The notes beneath the pieces were generated by a model. That model saw nothing but the letters and a program-made list of their open reading frames with translations. It was not told where the DNA came from and did not search any database. The translations under genes were made by a program, and so were the position numbers. A stretch of DNA of 63,476 bases, the filler included, from Jimgerdemannia flammicorona (taxonomy: Eukaryota): assembly GCA_003990765.1 (NCBI GenBank). It is 3 parts of 3 records of this genome, joined end to end, with 100 filler letters (N's around TTAATTAATTAA, not from the genome) between each part and the next. Parts side by side here need not be neighbours in the genome. Positions count along the whole stretch, not along the records: positions 21,195 to 42,286 come from RBNJ01001537.1; positions 42,387 to 63,476 come from RBNJ01001538.1; 1 more part is not named here. One strand, given 5' to 3'. Below are positions 37,740 through 49,423 of the stretch, in pieces. Within the stretch, counting starts at the first letter, position 1, and the number at the start of each line of letters is the position of its first letter.

Positions 37740-38090
37740 CCTTTCTTAATAGTTAGGGAATAGTTTACCCAATTGATCAAGAGGTTCTCTTATTTTAACC
37801 ATGGGGTCCCAAGGATGATTTTGTTATCAGAAAGTAGTACAATTTGAAGAGTAACATATACTCAGTAGTCACCAATTCAGAAGGGTAGATTGCAGACTTC
37901 CTTGCTAATGATATGTGAGATTCCATCAGCTGTGGCAACTGCTTGAGTTTGTTGTACTGGAGATGTCAGAACCTTGAGTCTGTTGGCTATTTCTTCATTG
38001 ATGAAGTTGCCTGAGACACTACTGTCTATCATAATCTTGACAGGTACTTGGTTGACAAAGGCTTGAAGTGTAAGCAGTTTGTCTGATCCA
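37740..38090 (-). pseudogene. Aspartic protease
   Basis: VKIMIDSSVSGNFI...VATADG...IILGTPWLK. Confidence 0.85.
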
Positions 38091-38294
38091 ATGATAGTGA
38101 TTTTGGTTGTAGGAGCTTTCCTTCTGTTGGTTCTTCTCTGAGCCAGTTCATTGATACAAGAGAAGCAATTGTCAATCATTCAGGAAGAGTATATTCTAAT
38201 GCCATAGAGATATCAGCCACTTGGTATATATCCATCTTCAATTTTCTTGTAGAATTATTCTTCTTTACTTATGGTAGGTTGGGCTGGGGTCTTG

Positions 38295-38704
38295 TTTGAT
38301 GAGCCAAATCCTTTGGATCCTCAGATGGTAGGCAGTAGTTCAGGGACTTCTTTAACTATCAGAGCTGATTTGATTTTCTCAAACAGGATCTGAGCAATGC
38401 AGAAACCAATGGGGATCTTGAAGGGTGTCCAACTGTAGTTTCAGATAAGAACAATGATTTTGCCTATATAATCTTTGTCAATGACTCCTTCTTCTACTGA
38501 GAGTTCTTTCAGTGCTAGGCTACTGTAACAGCATATTCTTTCAACATGTTCTTCAGGGATTTGGATGCTGATTCCTGTATAGACTTGCTTGACTTCTTGG
38601 TTGGAGACTATAGCTTCTTTGACTATATATAGGTCATAACCAGCTGCTTTTTGACTTCCTTTAGTTGGGGCCTTGGCAGTTGGCCTTAACTTGATAAAGT
38701 CCAA
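38295..38704 (-). pseudogene. dut: dUTPase domain
   Basis: PTKGSQKAAGYDLY...TGISI...SSLA...EGVIDKDYIGKI...IAQ...GSKGFGSS. Confidence 0.93.
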
Positions 38705-38769
38705 TATCTTGGTGGTCAGATTGTTGAGGTAGTGCAGAGTAGTAACAGTTGCTTGTATTGCTATTCAGG

Positions 38770-40520
38770 GTTTTCAGTTGGGGCAGGCACTGGCCATGTG
38801 TCTTGTCTTTCAGTAATAGAGGTATACTCTGCTTCTTCAAAGTTCATTTCTCTCTTCTTCAGTAAGTTTCTTGAAGGTACTCAGCTGGGTGAGTTCATGA
38901 TTTCAGAGTGTCCAAGAGGGAGCTCAGAGTGCTTCATGCTTGGGTTCTTCTTTCTTAGTCCAAGTTTTTTCCTTGTTATTAAATTGTCTTCAGGGCAGAA
39001 TTGGTCCAGCTATTAGGATTCACTTGACCATAGTCATGATTCTTGCCAGGCACTATTGTTGGTGGTCACAACCAACTAGGCATCCTTGTTCTCAGATTTT
39101 CCTTATAAGCCATTCAGGTAGTGTATTGAATAAATGATCTGCTCTTGTACCATTTCATACTTTATCATTGGCAATGTATCCTAGGCCAACAGTGTTCAGA
39201 AGTAACTCAAGTTTTGTATAGAAGGTTTTGAATTCCTCCTTGCCATATATATCAAATTTGAGATTGCAGAGTTTAACTTGAGATTTGGCAATTATGGTTT
39301 TGCTGTTGTATTGAGCAATCATGAGTTGTTTGAGTCCAGGTACTGCAGGATGGACTCCATATCCTGGAGTATTATTTGCTGCATTCTGGGCAACTACTGC
39401 AGGTCAGGTATCCTATATGAGGGGTTTTTCAGGAAGGGTTTGCCACTATTCTTTAGTAAGTCCTTGGAAGAATGTAACAACTTGACAGATATAGGCTGTA
39501 GTAGTAGCAAAGAGTTATTCCAGAGTGTGGTCTTGATTGTTTGTCAGAAGACAGTCAGCAACTCACTCATTGGTCCATTGATTAGCTTCAAAGTTGGTAT
39601 CAACTATACTAATAAAGCTTTGGACTTCTTGTACAGTGCCATTGAAGGTAGGTAGACTCAGATTTTTAGTTGGTCAGGTCTGTTTAGCTAAGGTAGTAAT
39701 GGTTGCTGTCATTATGACTACCTGGGCTGTAAGATCTAGAATCTGTTGATTTGCCATGTTGTTTGCTGGAGGTGGTTGGACTACTAGTAGTGGTATTATT
39801 GATACTACTTGAGGTACTGGTGCAGAGTGTGATGGGGTTCTTTGAATCTATATAAGTTGCTAGAGTAATAATTGTGGGTCTGGAGTGAGGGCTCAATAGA
39901 TAGCTATCTGTTGCTGTGTAGGTGTGTTCTGTCATAATGGAGATATGTCTCCTTTGGTAGTATATTCAGGATTGAATTCACTGAGATACTCCTCCTCCTC
40001 TTCAACTTGGTCCCTGTGTAGTTGGATTTGCTCAGTATCAAAGTAGACAGAATCAGTTATATATCTGATTTCAGATAGACTTAATTCAAAATCAAGTTCT
40101 GGTTCAGTATTGGTTTCAGTTTCAGGTAGAGCTATAGCTAGGCCTGCTTCAGGTTCAGAGTCAGATTGTTGATGAAGGGTTTCTCTTGCTCCTTTCTTTA
40201 GAATATGGCAGGCCTTGCTGTTCTAGAATCAGTAGTATAATGCAGTCTTGGTCCTGGTATAGTGAAAGTTGGTAGAGTTGAGCTACTTGGCTATGGATGC
40301 TTGCACTTTGTGAGAGACTAAGGCTAGAAAGACTGCTGCTGATTATCCTATATCACTCAGATTTGTGGAGCTAACAAAACTCTTATTGAGAAGTATAAAG
40401 AAGGCTTCTATAAGACCTTCTTTATCTTGACTTGTGGGGTGTAGAGCAAGGAGTTCAGTGAATAAAGTTTTGCCTATCTGCTGATTTAATTAGAGTACTT
40501 CTTTCTTTGAATAAAGTCTG
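38770..40520 (-). pseudogene. gag: gag with N-terminal extension, capsid and decayed zinc knuckle
   Basis: LPTFNGTVQEVQSFISIVDTNFEANQW (capsid start, homologous to 43690-43770). Decayed knuckle YLYY*KTRHMASAC; N-terminal block FHYTRTKTALYY. Confidence 0.8.
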
Positions 40521-40719
40521 TCCCACTTGTTGCAGGTGTGGAGATCAAATTGTCCTTGTATATTAGGTTCAATTCTCTCCAGATTATCAGATAGTTCAGA
40601 ATAAATTCCAGTTCAGAGGTTGGGCTTTATACCAACTTATAGAAATTCTCAGAGGGTTTTGTAGTGGGGTGAGAAAGCATCTTGAAGCAGAATTGGATTG
40701 TAAACTGCTACTATCAAGT

Positions 40720-42209
40720 TATAAGAGAATTACTTGTTAAAGTAACCATTACATAGTTCTGAAAGGGTTTTCTAGAAGTTCTGGATATTTTGAAAGACTA
40801 TTTTCTTAAGGTCAAGATCAATTTTATATAGAGTATGTCCTCTAAACTTATTGATTTCAGGATTGGATTGATATCTCAACTAAAGTCCTTTTTTAGACTA
40901 GTTCTGGATGTTTAGGATTTTCCATATTTCAGGAAGTTCAAGAAACTAAGACCAGCTTAGTTGAATTGGCATATCACTACAGACAATACCCAATTAGAAA
41001 TTTTCATGATAGGGTTAGGAGTGGGACCTAATGGGGGGCATATTTACTTAAGAGTGATTTGTGGATTATTAAATAGATTTATTCGCTATTCATAATATTG
41101 CTATACTAGGAGTAGTTGTGTGAAGGGATATTGTGGGGAAGTGCTCAGGAGTTGTGTTCAGATTGTTCAAATATTCAAGTCTGAGATTCTGAGGTCTGGG
41201 AGAGGGGGTATTTATACTAGTAAGAGACTATCTGGGCTATGCTGAATATGGATATAGCACTTAGTGTCTTGCTGAGTTGAAATACAGTCACATAGTACAA
41301 GTGTGATCTGATATGTTAAGAGATCATCTGACTACTGAGTCAGTTCACAGTTACATCATACAAGACTAGTCTAACTATACTATAATTGCTAAGTTACATA
41401 TCTATAGATTTAGACACTATCTGGATAGTCTTTGATGACATCACCATTGATGACATCATCCCTGACAAAGTCTGAGTAGTTTTCTGACTTCTGATATCAA
41501 TCTCTGTCTCTTATAAAATTAAGGCTATCCTTAGTAGTGGTGGTTATACAAGAATAACAGGTCTTGGTTCTCTTTTTTTTTTGAACTACTAGTGCATTTG
41601 TGAGGACTGGCCATCCTTGTCTAGGGTGAGGGCTCCCAATGTTATAGCTGAGGGTTCAAATCTCTTGAAAATGATATTTTCTATAATCCAAGGCAATTTC
41701 TAGTAGTAATATCTATTATGTGGATAGGCTTGAGATTGGTTTCAACAATATCAGCTTTCTTGAGTTTAGATGAAGTATCTGTCATTCTCCAATGGAGGTG
41801 ATACAGATAGAGTGAACAAAGTTGTTCAAATATATTTTACTTCTACTAAGTAATGAGGTCTTTGTATAGTTGTGGTGGTATATCTTGGTCTTGAGTTAAT
41901 AAGTACAGTTCTTGAACCTTTGGTAGATAAGAGAGGTTCTTCTCATCTCAGTTTGAGTTTGGTACTTCAGTTTCCTTTTGTAATAGTATGATATACCAAA
42001 ACTAGTAGTAAAGGTATAGGGTCAGTCTTATGGTTATAGTACTTCTTCTGATATTCTTATATCTTGATGGTAGGTTCTTGTACTTGCTGGCATATTTTGT
42101 ATAACCAGGTGATCTCTTCAGTAACTTGTTTTGTAATCTTGCATGTAGTTTCCAAATTAGTTCTGAGGATGACATGCAATTTTAGTGACTTGGAGATTGT
42201 ATGCTTATA
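40720..42209 (-). repeat. 5' LTR of family 3
   Basis: Direct repeat of 35832-37338. Followed on the minus strand by TGATAGTAGCAG, a possible decayed TGG-type PBS. Confidence 0.92.
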
Positions 42210-42211
42210 CA

Positions 42212-42286
<75 letters not shown>

Positions 42287-42386
42287 NNNNNNNNNNNNNN
42301 NNNNNNNNNNNNNNNNNNNNNNNNNNNNNNTTAATTAATTAANNNNNNNNNNNNNNNNNNNNNNNNNNNNNNNNNNNNNNNNNNNN
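42287..42386. other. Artificial contig spacer (N44-TTAATTAATTAA-N44)
   Basis: Same 100-nt linker as 21095-21194. Confidence 0.98.
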
Positions 42387-42777
42387 CCCTGAGTCTTAGT
42401 AATGACATCTAAGTGACTCTAGTGTTTCTGACTAAACTCCAGAAGCCTAGCTAACTTCTGCCAGAACTGAGACTGGTATATAAATCCCCAAAGACTTAAG
42501 TAAACCCATTGAATCTGAATTCCAAGGCGAATTCAATCTGTACATAGCAAAGAACAAGACCTTCGAAATAGGACATAAGAGAAAGACCTTTGAAACAGAA
42601 GGCAAACTCAAGAAAGACCTTTGAAAGATAAGGCACTACCACTACACTTACTTACAAGTGAGTACTACCTCAAACTGAAGGCTTCTTGGTATACATTGTA
42701 TACTAAGTCCCTAAGTAATAGTCCACTTCCCTAATTATCCAAAGGATAAGAGAGGGGTAGAAGTGAGAGTTATTACA
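42387..42777 (+). repeat. 5' LTR (3' portion) of copy A
   Basis: Matches about 50654-51013 and ends GAGAGTTATTACA. Confidence 0.93.
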
Positions 42778-42797
42778 AGTAACCCCCAGAATCAACT

Positions 42798-44600
42798 GTG
42801 GATCCTCAAACCAGAGCCAGAGAAGTCCTTGTCATTAAGACCAGATGGTATCAGGAAACTACAGACCCAAGAACCCACCAGCTTGTAATTGATCAGGCTT
42901 ACAAGGATCTATACCAGGCCTTTAGGACATACCACCCAGGACTTAGGAATATTGTCAGCTACTGTAGGTTCTATGAACTCCTCCGAGGACACATTGGAAC
43001 CACTAGGACCCCAGAATCTACTGCTGCAGCCACCCAGGATTTTCTAGATTATATTACACCCCCTGCTGTAAGAGAAGCAGCTGCTGAGTGGATTGCCTCT
43101 GACAGATATCATCATACTCCTACCAAGACCTCCCTCTACTACAGACTAGTTGTATACTATTCCTCTGCTATAACCAGGTACAAGAATGAGCAAGCAGGCC
43201 AATCATCCCCTACTGCTGAACAAGGAGCAGGCCCATCTACCCAGCCAGAGACTGATATCCTCTTTGAAGGACCTAGCCAGTACAAGGACATACTATCTCA
43301 TCAGGGAAGGGAGTCAGACAAAGACTCTACAGGTTATCAGTCTGATGATAGCCAATAAGGAACAGCAGGTTTAGGAATTTACCAAGGAACCACAGGTCAA
43401 GAAGATCAGACCCCAGAACCAACTCAGCCACCTATACAGAGGTTTGGTTTACCCTCTCTCACAGGACTCTTTGACTTAATATCCAGAAATCAAGTAACTC
43501 CAAGTCATACAGCCCCACAACCCCACCAAGCAGAACAATCTTCAAGAGAATCTACCCCAACAGGCCCACCACCAATAGTCAACACAATGGTAGATACCAA
43601 TATTGCAGCACTGACTACCCAGCTAGTGGTACTAGCAGAGATAGTAGGACAGATTGCCGAACAGAACAAACCAATCAAGACTTTGCGAATCTCAACATTC
43701 AGTAGAAAAAACAGTGACATTGAAAACTTCATCAATGCAGTTGACACAAGCTACTGAGCAAACCAATGGAATGATAACCAAGTGCCTATAGGAATGCTCA
43801 CCAATAACCAGAACAGCACCCTTCAACAGCTGTTTGCTACATCAGCAGCACAAGTAGAAACAGTAGCTACATTCTTCACTAGAACAGCAGCGGAATTCTG
43901 GTAAACCTTGGAACAATACCCAGTAACCTGGGAAGTCCACCCTCAAGTCAATGGACAAGTACCTGGCAACAATAGACCAGTTTGGGATGACCATGAAGCA
44001 GGCCCAGGACTCAAGGCCTTACTACTGACCAAATTCCAAAATGCGGCCTACATATAAGAAACTTGGAACAAACTGTCCCAGATGAAGTTCCACAAGAATG
44101 GTGAAGAGGATCTAGAGACCTTTGCCACCAGAATGGATGCCTACCTCATAACCATTAGACTTACCTACCAGGAGAACAATTTGGCCATTAATGGTACCAG
44201 AGCCAACCATCTCTTTGCAGCCCTACCAGACTGGCTCACCCAGAAGATCAAGGAACAAGGTCTTCTCCAAGGATGCCCTCACTACTCATGGTGTTTTGCC
44301 CAAGTACCAAGAAGAGCCCATGAAATCCTTACTGCACAAGCTCCACAAATTTAAGAACACAAGAAGAATAACCAAGATAGGAGAAATCCTACTAGGAGAA
44401 ATGATCAAAGGAATGATCAAAGATATGATCAACAGAATTATCAAAGGAACCAGTGAAATCCCAGAGGACCCAGACCTCCCACTGAGGATGAGAAGAAGCA
44501 GCTTCATGAAAAGAGATTGTGCTTCATCTATAAGAAGGCAGGACACATCTCAGTCAAATGTCCCAAGAAGAGAAACAGATCAGGTGAACTCAGTAACCAG
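42798..44600 (+). pseudogene. gag: gag with long N-terminal extension, capsid and zinc knuckle
   Basis: ORF 42798-43358 reads through a TAA in frame into RISTFSRKNSDIENFINAVDTSY*ANQW. Knuckle CFIYKKAGHISVKC at about 44517. Confidence 0.85.
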
Positions 44601-44649
44601 AACATTACTGTCATTAGAGAAGGCCCAGGAAAGAAGAACCCCAAGAATA

Positions 44650-45065
44650 TTATCAAAGTACAGAAGATATGGTACAAGGCTACCATCTCTACTAAGGCTC
44701 ACCCAACTGATACTGGATATGATCTCTACAGCAGCCAAGACCTCACTATTCCACCAAATACCAATGCTACAGTGTGAATAGGAATTGCAATACAAGCCCT
44801 CAAAGGAATATATATCTGCCTTGCTGAGTGAAGTAGCCTAGTCAAAGTGTTCAATATTGGACTAGGAGGAGGAGTAGTTGACTAAGGATTTACTGGCAAA
44901 ATCCATATCATCTTGCAAAATTTTGGAGACACATCATTTGAAGTCAAAACAGGCCAAAGGATTGCCCAAGCAATCATTGAAGAAATCCGTCAAGATCTCA
45001 CCATTGAAGAAGTCCCCAAACTCTCCCAGATAGACTGTAGCAAGAAAGGGTTTAGATCTACCAAC
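44650..45065 (+). pseudogene. dut: dUTPase domain directly after nucleocapsid
   Basis: KAHPTDTGYDLY...IGIAI...*SSL...GGGVVD*GFTGKI...GQRIAQAII...KKGFRST, in frame with the zinc knuckle. Confidence 0.93.
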
Positions 45066-45369
45066 AAACCTCCCAGTCAAAAGGGCACTACCATGAAGAA
45101 AGATGATGAAAACTGGTATAAGAGAATTGCAGATGGTTATGTACCATGTGGACGATGCCCTCATTCTATTTGAATGTACTGCATGGAACATATTGGTGAA
45201 TGCCATGCATGCCTCTTCAAAGTTTTCAAAATTCAATCTGAGAAACGCCAAGATCAACAGACTGAGGAACTCAAACAAGACAACCCTCCTTGTGAAAGAT
45301 GGAGAGAAACTGACTTTGAGGAGACTGACAGCAATTGGGATAACAATGAAGATAAAGAGCTCAATACTA

Positions 45370-48300
45370 TAAAAAAGGAGGACAGTTGCATCAAGTTCAC
45401 AGGCCAAGTTCACAGACAAAATATCAATGTCTTGCTTGATAGTAGTGCTACTGGAAACTACATCAGCACTAAGACCACCAAGATGATTGGAGCCCGAAGC
45501 AGACCAACCACTGAGAAAAGAAGTATTACCTTTGGTAATGGTAAAACTGCACCATTGACCAAGATCTGCAAAGATCTTTTGCTCAAGATTGGCAAATATC
45601 AAGAGAAGTTAGACTTTAGCATTGTAGACCTCCCAGGACAAGATATTATCTTAGAAAAAGCCTGGTTGACCCAGCACAACCCAGACATCAACTGGAGAAC
45701 CAACGAGATTAACCTGATCCATGAAGGCAGAAAGATCACCCTGACACCACAGGAAGGTACCAACTATCAAGGAATCAAAATCATCTCTGCCATTCAAATG
45801 AAGAGACTCTCTTGAAAAAAGGGAAATACCTACTTCATCTGTACAGTACAAGAAGTCACTGAAGCTACAAGTAGCCCAATCCCAACAGAAGCTCAAGAAC
45901 TATTTAAAGAATTTCAAGATGTATTCTAAGACCCCCAAGGACTTCCACCCAAGTGCCAAATCCAATATGAAATTGATCTTATTCGAGGATCTGAACCCCT
46001 ATACAAGAGTATCTACCAACTAGCCCAACCTGAGCTCAAGACCCTCAAGGATTAATTGACCAAACTACTGGCCCAAGGATACATTGAACCCAGCCACTCT
46101 CCATTTGGAGCCCCCATTCTATTTGTCAAGAAGAAGGATGGTTCTCTGCAAATGTGTATTGACTACAGAGCTCTCAACAAGATCACTATCAAGAACTGGT
46201 ATGCCTTATCTAGGATTGATAAGTTGCTACACCAAATCTTCAAGGCCAAGACCTTTTCTCTACTGGATTTGCGAAATGGCTACCACCAGATTCTCATTGA
46301 TGAGAAGAACATCAAGAAGACAGCTTTCTGAACACAGTTTGGACACTACCAGTTCTGAGTCATACCTTTTGGATTGATCAATACACCAACAACATTCCAG
46401 TATCTGATGAATGACATCTTTGGACCACTCCTCAACATCTGTGTTCTTGTGTATATTGACAATATACTAATCTACAGTAAAACAGTAGAGCTACATTACA
46501 CCCACCTCAGATATGTACTGACCCTCCTGCGAGAACACTAGCTCTATGCCAAGATGAGTAAGTGTAAGTTCTATCAAGACCAGATTGAGTACTTAGGACA
46601 CATCATCTCTGCCAAAGGTATTAATTTAGACCCCCGAAAGGTATCAGCCCTTAAGGATATCCCTATTCCTACTACCCTCAAGCTACTCCAGCAATTTCTG
46701 GGTATTGCCGATTATTACTGAAGGTTTATCCAAGGATACTCTGCTATTACAGCCTCACTGACCAGCCTGGCCCACAAAGGAGTAAACATCAAAGCTGAAT
46801 GGACTCCTGAATGTATCCTGGCTATGGACCATCTCAAGAGACTCCTTACTGAGGCCCTAGTACTAATTGCACCTGACCCAACCAGATCATTCACTCTGAC
46901 CATGGATGCCTCTGACATTGCCATTGGAGCAGTGCTCAGCCAAGAAGACTGCCCAGTGGCCTACCTTTTCCAAAAGCTCAAGCCAGCTGAGACCCAGTAT
47001 ACTATCCATGAGAAGGAACTCTTGGCTATTGTCACTGTACTTTAGGAATAGCGCCATTTCCTCCTAGGACAGCCATTTGTGGCCTACACTGATCACTATG
47101 TATTGTAGTATATTTACACACAGCTCATACTGACCCACAGACAAGCCTGCTGGATGGAAATCATTGCCAACTTTGATATAGAAATCAAGTATATCCCAGG
47201 CAAAACCAACCATGTGGCTGATGGTTTCTTCAGGTATATGGAGGATGAACTTGTCTTCATGGTCAAAGTAATTGAAGACCTTATCCAAATGATCAAGGAT
47301 GGCTACCAGCAGGATAGCCCCCTGATGAACTTCCTTCAATTCTGCCAAGATCCAGAGGCCAAGGTTCCAGAATCCATGAGACAAATGGCCAAGAGATTCA
47401 CCTATCATGATGGACTTATCTACAGAGACCATGACAGAGTAGTTGTACTCAACAATGATACTCTGCGGCTCAAGATCATGCAGGAACTCCATGATACTCC
47501 TGCAGCAGGACATTTTGGTTTCAAAAAAACCTACAACCTCCTCTCAAGAGAGTTCTACTGGCCAAAGATGACCAAGAACATCAAAGACTTTGTGACCTTA
47601 TGTAAGATGTACCAAAGGTTTAAAAGTAGTAACAAGCTACCAGCCAGACTCCTGCAACCCTTGCCTATCCTGAGTCATAACTGGGACCAGATTGCAATGG
47701 ACTTTATTGTCCAACTCCCCAAGACCAAGGCAGGATGGGATGCCATTGTGGTATTCATAGACTGTCTAAGTAAACAAGCCCATTTTGCACCCACCAAGAC
47801 CACCACTATAGTACCAGAGATTGCTGAGATTTTTCTCAATCAAGTATTCAGGCTACATAGCATGCCTAGTACTATTGTATCTGACCAAGATGCCAAGTTC
47901 ACAAGCAACTTCTAGAAGGCATTTTTCTCTCTCCATGGAACCAAGCTGAAGTTCTCTACTGCCTACCACCCTCAGACTGACAGTCAAACTGAGCATACCA
48001 ACAGGACTCTCAAACAGATGCTTAGCATCTTCTGCTGTTATAAGCAAAATGATTGGGACAAATACCTAGCCCATGCCGAGTTTGCCTACAACAACAGTCA
48101 GCAAACCTCCACAAAGAAGACTCCATTCTTTCTAAACCATAGTCAACACCTGAGGACCCCAAGTACTACTGCGAAATCAGTAGTCCCAGCAGCCCAAGAT
48201 CTGGCTGAGACCATTTCTGATCTTACCCAAATGACAAGAGATGCTCTCATAGAAGCACAAGACTACCAGACCAAGTATGCGAACTTGAAGTAAAGAGAAG

Positions 48301-48780
48301 CCTCCTACAATATTGGTGACATGGTTATGCTTAGAACAGACCACCTCCACCCAGACACTCTGACATAACAACCAGCCAAGAAACTCTGTGCTAGAAGAAT
48401 TGGACCATACAAGATTATGGAAAAAATCAGTGAAGTCAACTACAAGTTGCAACTCCCCCACAATATCTGAGTACACCCAGTATTCCATATCAGCCAATTG
48501 GTGGACCATCATGAGAATCTATTCCCCGAGCATACAATTCCACCACCACCCCTAATTAGGATCAATGATTATGAGGAATTCAAAATTGAGGAAGTACTTG
48601 ACTATAAGGTCTGCAAATATCCCAAAACAGTCAAGCAGTTTTTCCTGATCAAGTGGAAGGGTTACCCCACTCATGATGCCACCTGGGAAAAAGAAGAAGC
48701 CCTGAAGAATACATGCGAAGCCCTCTAGGACTATATGGAAACACTCACTCCCCAGCAAAGAAAGGAACTGCAGCTCTAGG
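45370..48780 (+). pseudogene. pol: pol: PR-RT-RNase H-integrase-chromodomain, disrupted
   Basis: [70 protein letters not shown]; chromodomain EEFKIEEVLD..FLIKWKGYPTHDATWE. Confidence 0.95.
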
Positions 48781-48899
48781 ATTTGGAGCACACAGTGAGC
48801 AGAAGGATATCACATACTTATCTGGAAACATATAATATCAAATATTGTGAAAAAGGGAACACTATGGATAACCAATAAGAAGATACCTGAGCAAAAGAG

Positions 48900-49213
48900 C
48901 AATCTAGTACAGTACAGCAAAATACATTTGAACAACTCCATTTCATACCATCTGTACCATTTCCGCTGGATGATGATGGATACTTCATATAGAACTTAGG
49001 AAAGCTGACAATGTCGAAACCAGTCTAAGTCCATCCACATGACAGATATTATTACTAGGAATTACCTTGGATTACAAGAAAAGTCTATTTCTGAGAGGTT
49101 CAAACTCTCAGCCATAATAATAGGAGCCCTTGCCCTAGACAAGGATGGCCAGTCCTCGCAAATGTGCCAACCAGACAAAAAAAAAGAGGACCAAGACCTG
49201 TTAACCCTGTGTA
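48900..49213 (+). pseudogene. Putative accessory ORF-X (unknown function; start uncertain)
   Basis: QNTFEQLHFIPSVPFPLDDDGYFI*NLGK...HDRYYY*ELPWITRKVYF*EVQ...GWPVLAN...KKRGPRP. Present in copies B and C and in the family-3 LTRs. Confidence 0.5.
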
Positions 49214-49350
49214 ACCACAACTACAAGTGATGATATCTTTGAAATCAGGATTTTCTCATATGACCAGCACATGCTCTGCTTACAGCAACAGGTCATGCAT
49301 TTTGCCAGAAAGCATGACCAAAGGAAGGTCACATCAGATAGGTGAATAAG

Positions 49351-49358
49351 TATAAATA
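49351..49358 (+). promoter_or_regulatory. Internal TATA box upstream of ORF-Y
   Basis: TATAAATA 73 nt before ATG 49424; conserved in copy B (~59702) and copy C (~62490). Confidence 0.6.
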
Positions 49359-49423
49359 CCCAAGGTAAGAATACTTTGCCACCCTCATCCCCCTCTCCTC
49401 ACAAAGAAAAGGACAAGATAAAA

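Larger units (their letters stand above)
35832..42209 (-). mobile_element. Complete non-autonomous Gypsy-derived LTR element, family 3 (gag-dUTPase-Cys module-PR-partial chromodomain; no RT/RH/IN core)
   Basis: Two ~1.5-kb LTRs (35832-37338, 40720-42209) with TGTAAG...CTTACA termini (decayed in the 5' LTR). Perfect 5-bp TSD CACCT (35827-35831, 42210-42214). PPT AAGAAGGGGAGAGT next to the 3' LTR. Confidence 0.93.

Noticed and set aside
42064..42342. Poly-Phe and poly-Lys ORFs (also 56750-57155 and 52872-53171)
   Set aside because: Artefacts of poly(A)/poly(T) retro-tails and N gaps.
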